The translations under genes were made by a program, and so were the position numbers. Shown here in pieces: positions 1 through 12,259 of a DNA stretch of 64,000 bases. How positions within the stretch are numbered: the stretch's first letter is position 1; every line of letters starts with the position of its first letter. The notes under the pieces are model-generated. The model saw nothing but the letters and a program-made list of their open reading frames with translations, had not been told where the DNA came from and ran no database searches. The stretch is from positions 52,948,001-53,012,000 of the forward strand of contig OZ024749.1 of NCBI GenBank assembly GCA_964016885.1. Reading direction: 5' to 3'. The stretch is from Eledone cirrhosa. Lineage: Eukaryota.

Positions 1-530
1 ATTGAGTAGTCCATGGTCTAATAATATTTCTACTTTTGGCACAAGGCCAGCAATTACTTCAGTGCATTACTGGTACTTTATTTTATCGACCCTGTAAGGA
101 TGAAAGGCAAAATTAACCTCAGCAGGATTTGAACTCAGACCATAAAGGGACGTAACTCTATGTTGCAAAGCATTTTCAATAATTAGTGATATATTCGAAA
201 TATATAATAAACGTTCAACTCTGGAAATTTCAGCATTTCTTCTAGACCATAACTAGAAGAATTACCATCCACTTTTTATGTAAATTTATTCAATGATATA
301 AATATTTCATATAAAAACAATCTAGATTGTAAAAATATTTCTTAATTCTGTCAAAAATGACAATTCATTTGAGAATGAATTTTTCCCCAAACATCTGTAA
401 ATTGTGATCTTCAGTCCACCATCTCAATTCTTTGTTTTTATAAATATTATTTGATTTTTGGTATATTTTTATAAAGAGTTTATAGTAAAAAGATGAACAA
501 TGTTTTATACATTCACCTTGTGTGATTTAA

Positions 531-874
531 CCCATTAGCATTTACATTACTCTATATTTAATATTATATTTCACGGTTAAGGATTTATCTCACATAATAA
601 TGAGTCGATGAGATTTTAATATTTATTTTGAGAACAGACATTACCTTAACATTAGTATGAGTAGCTTGTTAAAGCCGGTTTGAACAGAAAGAGGTGAGAG
701 AATTCTGGCCAGTTTGAACAGAAAGTGGTGAGAGAATTCTGGCTGGTTTGAACAGAAAGAGGTGAGAGAATTCTGGCCAGTTTGAACAGAAAGAGGTGAG
801 AGAATTCTGGCCAGTTTGAACAGAAAGAGGTGAGAGAATTCTGGCCAGATATGGCCAGTTTCAATGCTAAGGGG
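531..874. mobile_element. piggyBac-like MITE with TTAA target-site duplication, abutting the ERCC8 stop codon
   Basis: TTAA-CCCATTAGCATTT ... AATGCTAAGGGG-TTAA. Contains about 5 tandem copies of a ~35-bp unit (gtttgaacagaaagaggtgagagaattctggcca). Confidence 0.75.
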
Positions 875-1380
875 TTAATCTTCATCACTACTCCATGCAT
901 CAGCAGTTGGCAATGCTGTATTCCGTTTACTATTTTGTGTTCCATCTTTTGGTCTCTTTTGGCTGCTAATTTCTCTGAGATGTTCTTCATAAGCGTCGTC
1001 TGTATTTGGAACCCATATAAGAATATTGCGATCATTTCCACCGGAATAAAGTTCTTGGTAGTTACGCTGGAATTTGCAACAGTTCACTTGATTATAATGT
1101 CCATGTAAAACATCAATTTTAGATCCTGAGAAAATATTATAAATATTAATGTCACTGCCTTCAGGAATAAAAATAACATCCGGGGAGCCGTTGTGTGAAA
1201 CTGCTATTTTGACACAGCGACGGCTCATGTTGTTAATTTTTCCATAGTTCACCAAAGTGTTTCTACCTGATGCTGTGCTCCACAGGCGGATACACTGATC
1301 TGTACCAAGAGTTACTAAAAGAAGACCGTCTGTTGTAAATTGCAGCCCGTTAACATGGCCATCATGAGCAAATATATGAG
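875..1380 (-). CDS. ERCC8: ERCC8 terminal coding exon 5
   Basis: ctttcag acceptor. HIFAHDGHVNGLQFTTDG...NTLVNYG...GHYNQVNCC...QELYSGGNDRNILIWVP...DAWSSDED*, ending in the CSA-like DAWSSD motif. Summed CDS is 1227 nt and in frame. Confidence 0.93.
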
Positions 1381-2209
1381 CTGAAAGGTAAAAAATATGA
1401 CTTTGTAAGATAACAGAAAGATTTGAGCTGAAAGGTAAAAATATTAAATGACTGATGAGTTTTAGAAATAGATATACTCTATAACATGTTCCAGCCGACA
1501 GGCTGAGGCCATGCTGGGGCACCACAATTATATAGTAATATAGTTAATATGGTACAATGTAGTAGATATATATAAAGGGGAAAGGATGACATTATTTTCT
1601 AAGATTACAGAAATCAATTTAAAATATAATATTGATTTTTTTATTTATATATTATTTATTAATTTTCTTTAGTATTCATCATCTCTTTTATGTCCATTTT
1701 GTCAGTCTGGCATGGGTTGGATGAGATATTTTGAGGCAGTGTTTTACAGCTGTTTTATTCATCTCATATGAAATGCAGGGATATGGTGGACCTTATTGAA
1801 AACAACCAGGATACACAGTATATTATATACAAGAACAATTTTACAAGGAAGGAGATATTAACAGTTGAACTATAGAATATAACTTGTAAGAAATGTCAAA
1901 TTGGACATTTTAAAACCTGGTAGAACCCATTTCTCTCCAGGTTTGACCACAGAGAATGAAAGAATCATATATATATATAAAGAGAGAGGAGAGAGAATGT
2001 GTGTGTGTGATAAAGAGTGAGTGTGCAGCAAAGAGGTATAGAGGGAGAATCAACCCCCAGTAGTGGACTGATATTTTATTTATGAAAGGTAAAGTTAACC
2101 CCTGAGGAGTTGAAATCAAAGTGCAGTGAATCGGAACAAATTTACAGATATTTTTACGCCATAATGACTCTGTCAATAAACAATAACAGTGAAATAAAGA
2201 TTGTCTTAC

Positions 2210-2310
2210 TGTTTTTAGCGTTAGAAACTCCTTCTCCATTGAATTGGTCCATCTTCATTAAAGAACCTTTAGCTCTACGGATATCCCACATAAGTACCTG
2301 GCCATCAGTG
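2210..2310 (-). CDS. ERCC8: ERCC8 coding exon 4
   Basis: ttttag acceptor. (S)TDGQVLMWDIRRAKGSLMKMDQFNG. GTAAGA donor, phase 1. Confidence 0.92.
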
Positions 2311-2683
2311 CTAAAAAACAAACAATTATTTAGTGTCAAAGCTTTAGTTGGAATTCAGACAAACCAACCAGTACTAATCTAGCTTCACCATCTACACACC
2401 TTTTTATATATAGTTTAATCAACACACCTTTTTATATATAGTTTAATCAACACACCTTTTTATATATAGTTTAATCAACACACCTTTTTATATATAGTTT
2501 AATCAACACACCTTTTTATATATAGTTTAATCTACACATTTTTATATATAGTTTAATCTACACACCTTTTTATATATTTTAATCAACATACCTTTTTATA
2601 TAGTTTACTCAACACACCTTTTTTATATATTTTAATCTATTGGACTATTGGTCACATTGTATCAGTTTGTGACGACCCCTTAA

Positions 2684-2934
2684 CCCTTTAGCATTTAAAC
2701 TGGCCATATCTGGCCAGAATTCTCTTTCTGTTCAAACTGGCCATAACCAGCTGCTCATACTGATGTTAAGGTATTGTTCTCAAAATAAATAATATCAACA
2801 TCAACATCACATAGATTCGATATTATGTGAGATAAAGCCTCTATCGTAAAAATACAATGGTAAATATAAAGTAATGTAAATGATAAAGGGTTAAAATGCA
2901 ATGGTAAATATAAAGTAATGTAAACACTAAAGGG
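2684..2934. mobile_element. piggyBac-like MITE, same family, with a duplicated right end
   Basis: TTAA-CCCTTTAGCATTT ... ATAAAGGG-TTAA at 2890; second end at 2934. Confidence 0.7.
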
Positions 2935-3131
2935 TTGATGTAATTTCAGGTAAAATATACTGATAGGAAATAATTCAAATTTGATAAATTTTCAACAATT
3001 CATCATCAATAAAAACAAAAGGACAGTGCTCTTTGTTGTGTCACCGGCACAACCACCTTACAGGTAATGTTACCAGCACGACCACCTAACAGGGTTGACT
3101 GAGTGCCCGTTTTGTCATGCTAAAGGGTTAA

Positions 3132-3486
3132 ACTATGAGTTATTGAACTTGAAAACAGAAAACATCACACCTCCCATGACTTTCGGAAACATTTTTTCAC
3201 GCTCAGAGTTGCTGAAACATGGAACAAACTACCTGCATCAGTTGTTAGCTGCCAAAACAATGCATTTTTTAAAACCTCCATGCTTCCTGAAATTAGCCAA
3301 CACTATACCTGATATCCCCCCTCCATACACATGCACACATGTATATCATGACTCAATGAGTCATTGACTCATACACTGTTCACTTTCCTGACATTTGTAC
3401 ATTATTCTATGTACTGTACATGCACCTTTGATGAGTTGTAGTGCACCTGAGCACTGTACACAATAATTTCATTATTATTATTATTG
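3132..3486 (+). mobile_element. CR1/L2-like LINE 3' fragment (also at 52058-52345, minus strand)
   Basis: Encodes FRKHFFTLRVAETWNKLPASVV, a typical CR1-type C-terminus. The 3' UTR ends in (ATT)n. Confidence 0.7.
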
Positions 3487-3534
3487 ATTTGAAAGATAAT
3501 TGACAAATAAAACAAACTTCTTTGCTATATTTAC

Positions 3535-3752
3535 CTGCCAGATGCCAAAATAAACTCATCTTTAGGGGACCACTGGACACATTGAACTGGTTTCTGATGA
3601 CCCCTTAAACTATGGGTAGCTGAACCTGATTTCATATCAATCAATTTGAGTGAACTTCCTGTGTAACCAACGGCGATGAGAGAATGTTGTTGAGCAACAG
3701 ATGATAAGTGATGACAATAGATGATTCCCTTAAATTCATAATGGTCGGCAAC
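3535..3752 (-). CDS. ERCC8: ERCC8 coding exon 3
   Basis: ttacag acceptor. VADHYEF...HSLIAVG...LIDMKSGSATHSLRGHQKPVQCVQWSPKDEFILASG. AG|GTAAAT donor. Confidence 0.93.
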
Positions 3753-3779
3753 CTGTAATAAAAAGAATTTAAATAACAT

Positions 3780-4030
3780 ACAGTATATACTTGAATATAA
3801 GCCAGATGTATATACTTGAATATAAGCCAGCTGTATATACTTGAATATAAGCTGACTGTATATACTTGAATACAACCAACTGTATATACTTGAATATAAG
3901 CAGACTGTATATACCTGAATATAAGCCAGATGTATATACTTGAATATAAGCCGACTGTATGTACTTGAATGTAAGCCGACTGTATGTACTTGAATATATG
4001 TTGACAGTATATACTTGAATATAAGCCAAC
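3780..4030. repeat. 25-bp minisatellite (ctgtatatacttgaatataagccga)
   Basis: Tandem copies just upstream of the exon 3 acceptor. Another ~25-bp array lies at 2390-2640. Confidence 0.9.
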
Positions 4031-4232
4031 TAATCTAAACCTTGTTTATAAATCGAGGCAGCTAATGAACCCAATGTTTCGATGGTGTGGTTTTGAAATT
4101 CTTATGAGTGGAGGAGTTTTAATATTTCGATATTGAACATTTTTTAGAAGAACTGGCAAACGCTATGAGAGACAGATGGATGGAGGAAACGTGTCGTAGA
4201 AAGCCGAGCAAGCTCGACCTGATGATGATGTT

Positions 4233-5360
4233 AATATAGTACAGTATAGTATACTATATAATATAATACATCATAGTATAGTATAATATAGTATGGTATA
4301 GTACAGTATAATATAATATAATATAGTACAGTATAATAAAGTATAGTACAGTACAGTATAATATAATATAGTACAGTACAGTATAATATAGTATAGTACA
4401 GTACAGTATAATATAATATAGTACAGTACAGTATAATATAATATAGTACAGTACAGTATAATATAATATAGTACAGTACAGTATAATATAGTATAGTACA
4501 GTACAGTATAATATAATATAGTACAGTACAGTATAATATAATATAGTACAGTACAGTATAATATAATATAGTACAGTACAGTATAATATAATATAGTACA
4601 GTACAGTATAATATAATATAGTACAGTACAGTATAATATAATATAGTACAGTACAGTATAATATAATATAGTACAGTACAGTATAATATAGTATAGTACA
4701 GTACAGTATAATATAATATAGTACAGTACAGTATAATATAGTATAGTACAGTACAGTATAATATAGTATAGTACAGTACAGTATAATATAATATAGTACA
4801 GTACAGTATAATATAGTATAGTACAGTACAGTATAATATAATATAGTACAGTACAGTATAATATAGTATAGTACAGTACAGTATAATATAATATAGTACA
4901 GTACAGTATAATATAATATAGTACAGTACAGTATAATATAGTATAGTACAGTACAGTATAATATAATATAGTACAGTACAGTATAATATAATATAGTACA
5001 GTACAGTATAATATAATATAGTACAGTACAGTATAATATAATATAGTACAGTACAGTATAATATAATATAGTACAGTACAGTATAATATAATATAGTACA
5101 GTACAGTATAATATAATATAGTACAGTACAGTATAATATAATATAGTACAGTACAGTATAATATAATATAGTACAGTACAGTATAATATAGTATAGTACA
5201 GTACAGTATAATATAATATAGTACAGTACAGTATAATATAATATAGTACAGTACAGTATAATATAGTATAGTACAGTACAGTATAATATAATATAGTACA
5301 GTACAGTATAATATACTACAGTACAGTACAGTATAATATACTACAGTACAGTATAGTATA
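4233..5360. repeat. Pentamer-based 25-bp satellite (TAGTA CAGTA CAGTA TAATA TAATA)
   Basis: Tandem array ending about 12 bp from the ERCC8 exon 2 donor. Confidence 0.95.
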
Positions 5361-5372
5361 GAATATACTTAC

Positions 5373-5598
5373 AACAAGATTATTAGTGTCCCAAATTTTT
5401 AACAATCTGTCTGTACCACTGGTTATAAACATCCCTGTGTCAAGTGGATACCATTGAACAGTTTCAATACTACAGCGATGTCTATCATTGTTTGATAGTC
5501 CGACACTAGCAACAACATTACAGGAATATTTCACATCTGTTGTGCTATTGTACACATCATACACATAGATCATCCCATTGGAACCACCAGATAAAAGA
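5373..5598 (-). CDS. ERCC8: ERCC8 coding exon 2
   Basis: ctttcag acceptor. (Y)LLSGGSNGMIYVYD...HRCSIETVQWYPLDTGMFITSGTDRLLKIWDTN, the typical CSA WD40 repeats. GTAAGT donor; phases consistent. Confidence 0.93.
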
Positions 5599-6608
5599 CT
5601 GAAAGAAAGATAAAAAGATGTGTTTAATGTAATTTCAGGTAAAATATACTGATAGATAATTCATATTTGATAAATTTTGATTTTCAACAATTCATCATCA
5701 TCAAAAAAAAAAAAAAGACTGCGCGCTTTTTGTCGAGTCACCAGCACAACCACATTACAGGGTGGACTAGGTGTATTTTTTTTTGTCGCAGCAACAGCAT
5801 TGTGGGAGATGAGATGTGGAACACGTCTAGCTTTCATTATCCCGCCGAGGTTAACTTTGCTTTTCATCCTTACGAGGTTGATAAACTAAAGTACCAGTAA
5901 TACACTGGGATAATTGCTGGCCTTGTGCCTAAAGTAGAAACAATTATATATATATATATATTATAGACACACGCACATACAGAGGAATTATGTATATATA
6001 TATATATATATCTTTACCGGGAACTATATTGGTAAAGCCCAATATAAACCCAGCAGGCCATCAGCCGGATGGCTGGAACAGGTAAAAGAGTATACACACA
6101 CACATATATATAACAAAGGTGTGGTAAGATACCAGGTGGACCATAAAGCACCAGAGTACTCGATACTTAGGGTAGTAGAGTGACTCTTTCCCGATATATA
6201 TATATAATCAATAAACCTTTTAACGGAAATATTCAATCCTTGGTCTATCAATATAGAATCCCCACCCCATCCCTGGTCTCTATTCTATTCTATTTCACCT
6301 TTATTTAACACCTGTTAATCTCTGCAGCACCTACAGAAAGGATTCCTGTTTTCTAAGAGTATATAACTAATTACAGAACAACAATGTCACAAATATCCAT
6401 GAAGAGAATAGACTCTTTTTTGGGTGGGATTTCAGAGATAAGCTGAAATTCTAAAGAATGTAAAACGACGGAACTAAACCATGCGAAATATTTTGACTAC
6501 AGCTGAAGGTTCCGTTAAAGAGAAAGTGAAGTTTTCACACAGTAAATAGAAAAATCGAAACGTAAACACAGACGACGGAACGTAATTAATTCATATATAT
6601 ATATAAAA

Positions 6609-7052
6609 ATACGTATTTAAGAAAGCCACAACAATGCAAAGGGAAATCTCGAGGTAGGAAGTGAAATATAGATAGGAAAAACAGGTGAAAGTGAAAATTG
6701 AGAAAGACAAAGATGAAAACAAAACAAAGGTAGAAGGGTTACCGTAGTAGAGATTTAATCCCAATATTTCGGGCTCACGCCCATCAACGGGGGAAAAGTT
6801 CCAAAAGGGGGGAAAACAGGCCAAGCGGAGAAAGTTGTGATGTCGTTAAGACAGGAATCCTGTCTTATGGGCGTTGATGGGCGTGAGCCCGAAATATTGG
6901 GATTAAATCTCTACTACGGTAACCCTTCTACCTTTGTTTTGTTTTCATCTTTGTCTTTCTCAATTTTCACTTTCACCTGTTTTTCCCATCTATATTTCAC
7001 TTCCTACCTCGAGATTTCCCTTTGCATTGTTGTGGCTTTCTTAAATACGTAT
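6609..7052. repeat. Long inverted repeat, 181-bp arms (6609-6789 / 6872-7052)
   Basis: Near-identical reverse complements; the ORF track shows the same peptide on both strands. Confidence 0.95.
6759..6794 (-). ncRNA. Degenerate hammerhead motif
   Basis: tccc CCGTTGA T GGGC gtga GCCC GAA ATAT T ggga. The core carries two substitutions. Confidence 0.45.
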
Positions 7053-7094
7053 CTTTACACATTTCACAATGCTTCAAGCAAACTTTAACACCCT

Positions 7095-7151
<57 letters not shown>

Positions 7152-7163
7152 GTAGTTAAAATA

Positions 7164-7621
7164 TGGGCACTACCATGCTATTAGCTGTAAGAAGTGGAAG
7201 TTTCGTCAACCTTCTCAATCGTAAACATCGTTTATTTCCGTATTACCACGCGTTATTTTAATAAAGCATATCGATGTAAGTGGAGTTACTTAAATGAAAA
7301 TATAGGTGGCCCTTAAAAGGGCCAAATTAAAAAACAAATTTAAGTTAATTAGAAAACAAGTCACGGTTATCAAATAAATTGGATTTAATCATTTATATTT
7401 TCATAGTCATGGTTATCAATTTCATGTATAGGGTTGGTGAAAAAAATTTGATGTTGATAACTATGACTTGTTTTCTAATTAACTTAAATTTGTTTTCTAA
7501 TTTGGCCCTTTTAAGGGCCACCTATATTTTCATTTAGGTAACTCCACAATACGGAAATAAACGATGTTTACGATTGAGAAGGTTGACGCAACTTTCACTT
7601 CTGACAGCTAATAGTAGTGCC
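7164..7621. repeat. Foldback-like inverted repeat between two (TA)n tracts
   Basis: Arms at about 7164-7373 / 7455-7621. Confidence 0.9.
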
Positions 7622-7659
7622 AAAATATGATAGAACAACATGCTATTAGATGTTATGAA

Positions 7660-7725
<66 letters not shown>

Positions 7726-9005
7726 ATTGTAAAAAATGTAGTTAATATAGAAAAAAAGGGAAAGTGTTAGATGTAATGAAAATTGTATTCACATTTCGTT
7801 CTTTCCGTTTCACTGGCAACGTTTGTACACAAACAGTAAAGTCGGTACTTCTATATTCTTGTGGTAGTCTATATACACAAACAGTAAAGTCGGTACTTCT
7901 ATATTCTTGTAGTAGTCTATATACACAAAATAAACCCATTTCGTTATTTTTCACATCTCCATTTCACTACGAGATAATATATAAAAATCGAAACAGAAAG
8001 AAAGAAGACCTCAACGTGGTCCTTGTCATCCAATATATTGGAGTCAAACCCTCTTCAAATCAGACGTCTATAATCCTATATAATTCTAAAAAAGCATGAT
8101 GGTCATCGCTGGAGCACCTTTGATCATAGAGGTACACTATTGGAACTTATTAGGGACTAAACACCGACAAAAACACCGAGAGAATAACAATTGTTACTAG
8201 GCCCAGTCGCTTTCAGATTATACTTTTCTAGCCTAAAATAAAATCATCATAAAAATACAGAAAATGAATTTATTAACCAAATAAGCTTATATTATTCTTG
8301 ACAGATCTAGCAGGTGACAATGTTAAGGAGTAAAAAATATCAAATTCCATAATTCTTAGGAATTAAATTGTATTTATTTTATATTTTTATTTAGAGCGGA
8401 AGATGGGAATGGAATCTTATCTGATTAGGGAATCGCTTACATACGTATTGAAATTAATAGATAATTCTTTGAAATATTAAGGTATATTTATTTGATCGCG
8501 AAAACAGTCAAGACGATAGAGTTTAAATTAAAAAAAACAACAACCAAGAAACAAAAACAATATCAGTTATAATAATTTACTATAACTTGTACTAAACATT
8601 AGAAAGCCTGACTTACTTATAACAATGTTGTGGATGTACTGGTTTACCTAACAAATAATTTGAGGGAAACACCAGCAACCTTCGTTATGGTGTGTGATTG
8701 AATATACGGGATCTTTCTCTCCCGTTAATATAAATTACGTCTATATACTAACATTTAATAAAAGCCGACATCATATATAGATATCAGTATACTTTATATT
8801 GATAGGAAATCAGTTATATATATGATGTATCATTGGCTTCGATCCTACTTACTTTTATTTACTATCTGCACACTACGGCCGCCTTAAACACGGGACGAAC
8901 CATTATAACAGAAACGTGTGCTTAAACCGGCCAACCTCCTATAACTGTAGTTACGTACGTACTTACCTGACGTGTATATATATATAAATATATAAATATA
9001 CATAC

Positions 9006-9181
9006 TATCTGTCTTCGATCAAGTCAATGTCCAGACAATTCACGCTGTAAGAATGAGAAGCTGGCTCCACATCGCGATATCTACTTAATTCAAGGCAGTA
9101 AGAACGTCGAGTAGTTTCAGCCCTTTGAAGAAAAATAGGGTCGTCTTCTCCAGTTTCTCTGGAACTCAAAAACCGGAGCAT
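9006..9181 (-). CDS. ERCC8: ERCC8 / Cockayne syndrome A WD40 protein, coding exon 1 of 5
   Basis: ATG at 9181 gives MLRFLSSRETGEDDPIFLQRAETTRRSYCLELSRYRDVE...NCLDIDLIEDR, matching the CSA N-terminus. Phase-2 GTATGT donor at 9005. Confidence 0.9.
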
Positions 9182-12100
9182 TTTTTCGACGTGTTCATTG
9201 TTTAAAAATGTACACAAAAGTGTAAGTTTCACGTCAGAAAGTTCATTGAAAATTAACCGTAGAGTTACCTCCCCTAGTTTCTTATTTCGATTTTGCGGTG
9301 TCAAAAATTTCACATTTACAAAATTAGTCTTTTTTTTTTATTTCTAATTAAAAATTTCAAAGCACTGTATACAAACACACACGCACACTCTCTCTCTCAC
9401 ACATACACACATGAACACAAACACATACAACTCCCCCGCGTAACGTAAATTGTGAAGTGCAATTTTGAGATACGGTCTGCAATTTCGCCCTTATGGAAAC
9501 TCAATAATTTAAAATCAACTTTTCTTCTCGATCTTTTAGCGAAAATTAAATCAGAGAATAATTAACAATTTCAAAATCTACAATTACGATATATATGAAT
9601 ATATATCATTATCATTATAAATAATTTCTCAACACAATTATTTTAAATGATATATTTTGGCTCTGTACTTAACATAGAGTACACTTTTACCTTCAGCCAT
9701 CGGGCATTAACTATTTACAATACCTACACTTTACTTTTCCAAGTATCAAGTACTTAGTTGAACATAGTCTTACTAGTCTAAACTGGTAACTCCCAATCTC
9801 TCTCTCTCTATATATATATATGGTGGCTGCCAACTCGTTTTCGAGTACGGCCACTACTTTATATCCATGTAGGAGAACCCCTACCGATGCGCTGAACGAG
9901 TGTGACTTTTTAGTCCAGCCAGCGACTTGAAAACTCTGGTACAAACACTACACTTGTGACAATTATTGACACATAGTGCTCGGCCCATGGTACCATGTGA
10001 CGACAAGTGCAGAGAGATCTCCAGATATAAAGCAATGCCTGTGCCGTGAAGCTTTTATAGTGAGCAAAGGCACTGCACAAAGCCAGTCCCACTCTCTTAA
10101 CCAAGAGAGTGGAACTGGTGACCCTGGGAGAGATGACCCCTTAGCCTTTGTCAAGGCAGAATTCTAGGAGAAGGAAAACTCTGATAAACACCTGCAACCC
10201 TGATGGTATCCAATGATGTTGACTTGCTCTTCTTTTTGGTAAATATCATATATATTTGGTAAATATCATAAATATCATATCATATATGGTAAATATCCGT
10301 GCGTGATTTGGCTCAGCTGAGCCAAATCACGCACGGAGAATGTATCTATGAGCCCATATATCATCATCATCGTTTAACGTTTATCTTCCACGCTAGCATG
10401 GGTTAGACGGGAATTGTCCCACTTGAGGCAAGATTGGTCAGGTGACCGTGTCTCGCTCATATAGGACTATCTGGCAGGTTTTCTATGGCTGGATGCCTTC
10501 CTAAAATCAACCACATATATATGAAATGCAAGTATTTGTGTATGAGCCACTATAAACTCAGATTGTGTATATGAAACTTTCACCTGTATATCTTATTGGG
10601 CCACAATGAATACACAGGCATATATATAAATCACCATTGTCACTCTATGTTCGTTTTTTTCTTAGATGGTGCGGAAGATCAGGTGTTGCTAAAATATGTC
10701 ATTTTGGCATGCCTTCTACAGTACTTACTGAAACAGGTTTTTGTCAAGTTTACTCTGTGCCTCTTTTAACACACACACATATATATATTTATATTTGACA
10801 CACACGCACATATATTTATATATATATATATACACACACACACATACATGTATAAACAGAAGATGAAAATGTTTTGATTTGAGTCCACATGTCTGTTGAT
10901 TGATTGATACTGGAGTCAAGTCTATCACACCAATAAAGACCCCCAAGCCAATCATCTGTGAAACATATGTAACGATCTATATGCAATACAAACAATTTAA
11001 TAGTGAAATTCCGTTTGCTCATACAATATATATATACAGAAGTTAAAGGCCGAAACACTTGCTTGAGGTGGGTTTATATATATACTTGTTGCTATGCTTA
11101 TAATCGTTTTGGCATCGATACACTGGTTGGATGCCCTTCCTATATATATATACATACATATACACACACACACATATATATCATCATCATCATCATCATC
11201 GTTTAACGTCTATCTTCCACGCTAGCATGAGTTAGACGGGTTTGTCCCATTTAGAGGTAAGTTGGGTCGGGTGTTTGTGTCTCGCTCATATAGGACTGTT
11301 TCTGGCTGGATGCCCTTCCTAGCGCCAACCACATTTACAGTGTGGGCTGGGTTTTTATACCACTTTACAGTGTGGGCTGGATGTTTGTGGTACCAACATA
11401 ATATATATATACATATACATATCATAACAATGATATATATATATATATATTCGTGTGCATATACATATATCATCATTGTTTAACGTCCATCTTCCATGCT
11501 AGCATGGGTAGGACGGATTGATCCTTAGGGAGAAATCAGGTCAGAGGACCATGTTTAGCTCACCCAAAGGCTTGGTTTCTACAGCTGGGTGCCTTTTGTA
11601 ACACCAACCACATTTACAGTGTGTGCTGGGTGCGTTTTGTTGTGTCACAGACACAAACACTTTACAGTGGGGCCAGGGCACCTTTTTCTTAGAACTAGGG
11701 AGGAGGGGAGCTTGGGGAAATTGCGGACATAGGTAATAGGGGAGGGATGGTTACCACAAAGAGAGGTGAATGAGAGGGGAGAAGGTTGAGATGGGTGTTG
11801 CCTACTAGCTATAAGCCTCAGCCTGAGAATAATAGAGGGAGTGTCTTCTGTAATACTGTATAGCACCAGAGGTGTAATTGAACTAGGTCAGCTTTTATTA
11901 CCTCATCCCAAGCGCATTATATATATATATATATATATATATATAAGACATAAACAAGGCAACAATGTGAGGGAAAAATTCAAAAATATAAAGTGATTTT
12001 TTTCTTCTCCTTTTGTTGCTATGTATGGAACATTGAGTAACAAGTGATCTCTATACCATATATGGTGTCAAACCTTATCATGGGGCCTGCTCCCCGGCCA

Positions 12101-12211
12101 GGTATCTGGTTGGCATTGCTGTAGGAATGTTAACTAATGGAGTTATGTTAATATATCGTAAAGAAACCAACAATATTTGATGTTATATCATAAAGAAACC
12201 AAAACTATTTG

Positions 12212-12259
<48 letters not shown>

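Noticed and set aside
875-1525. 216-aa ORF as a stand-alone gene
   Set aside because: The first ~48 residues are intronic; it is the terminal exon of ERCC8.
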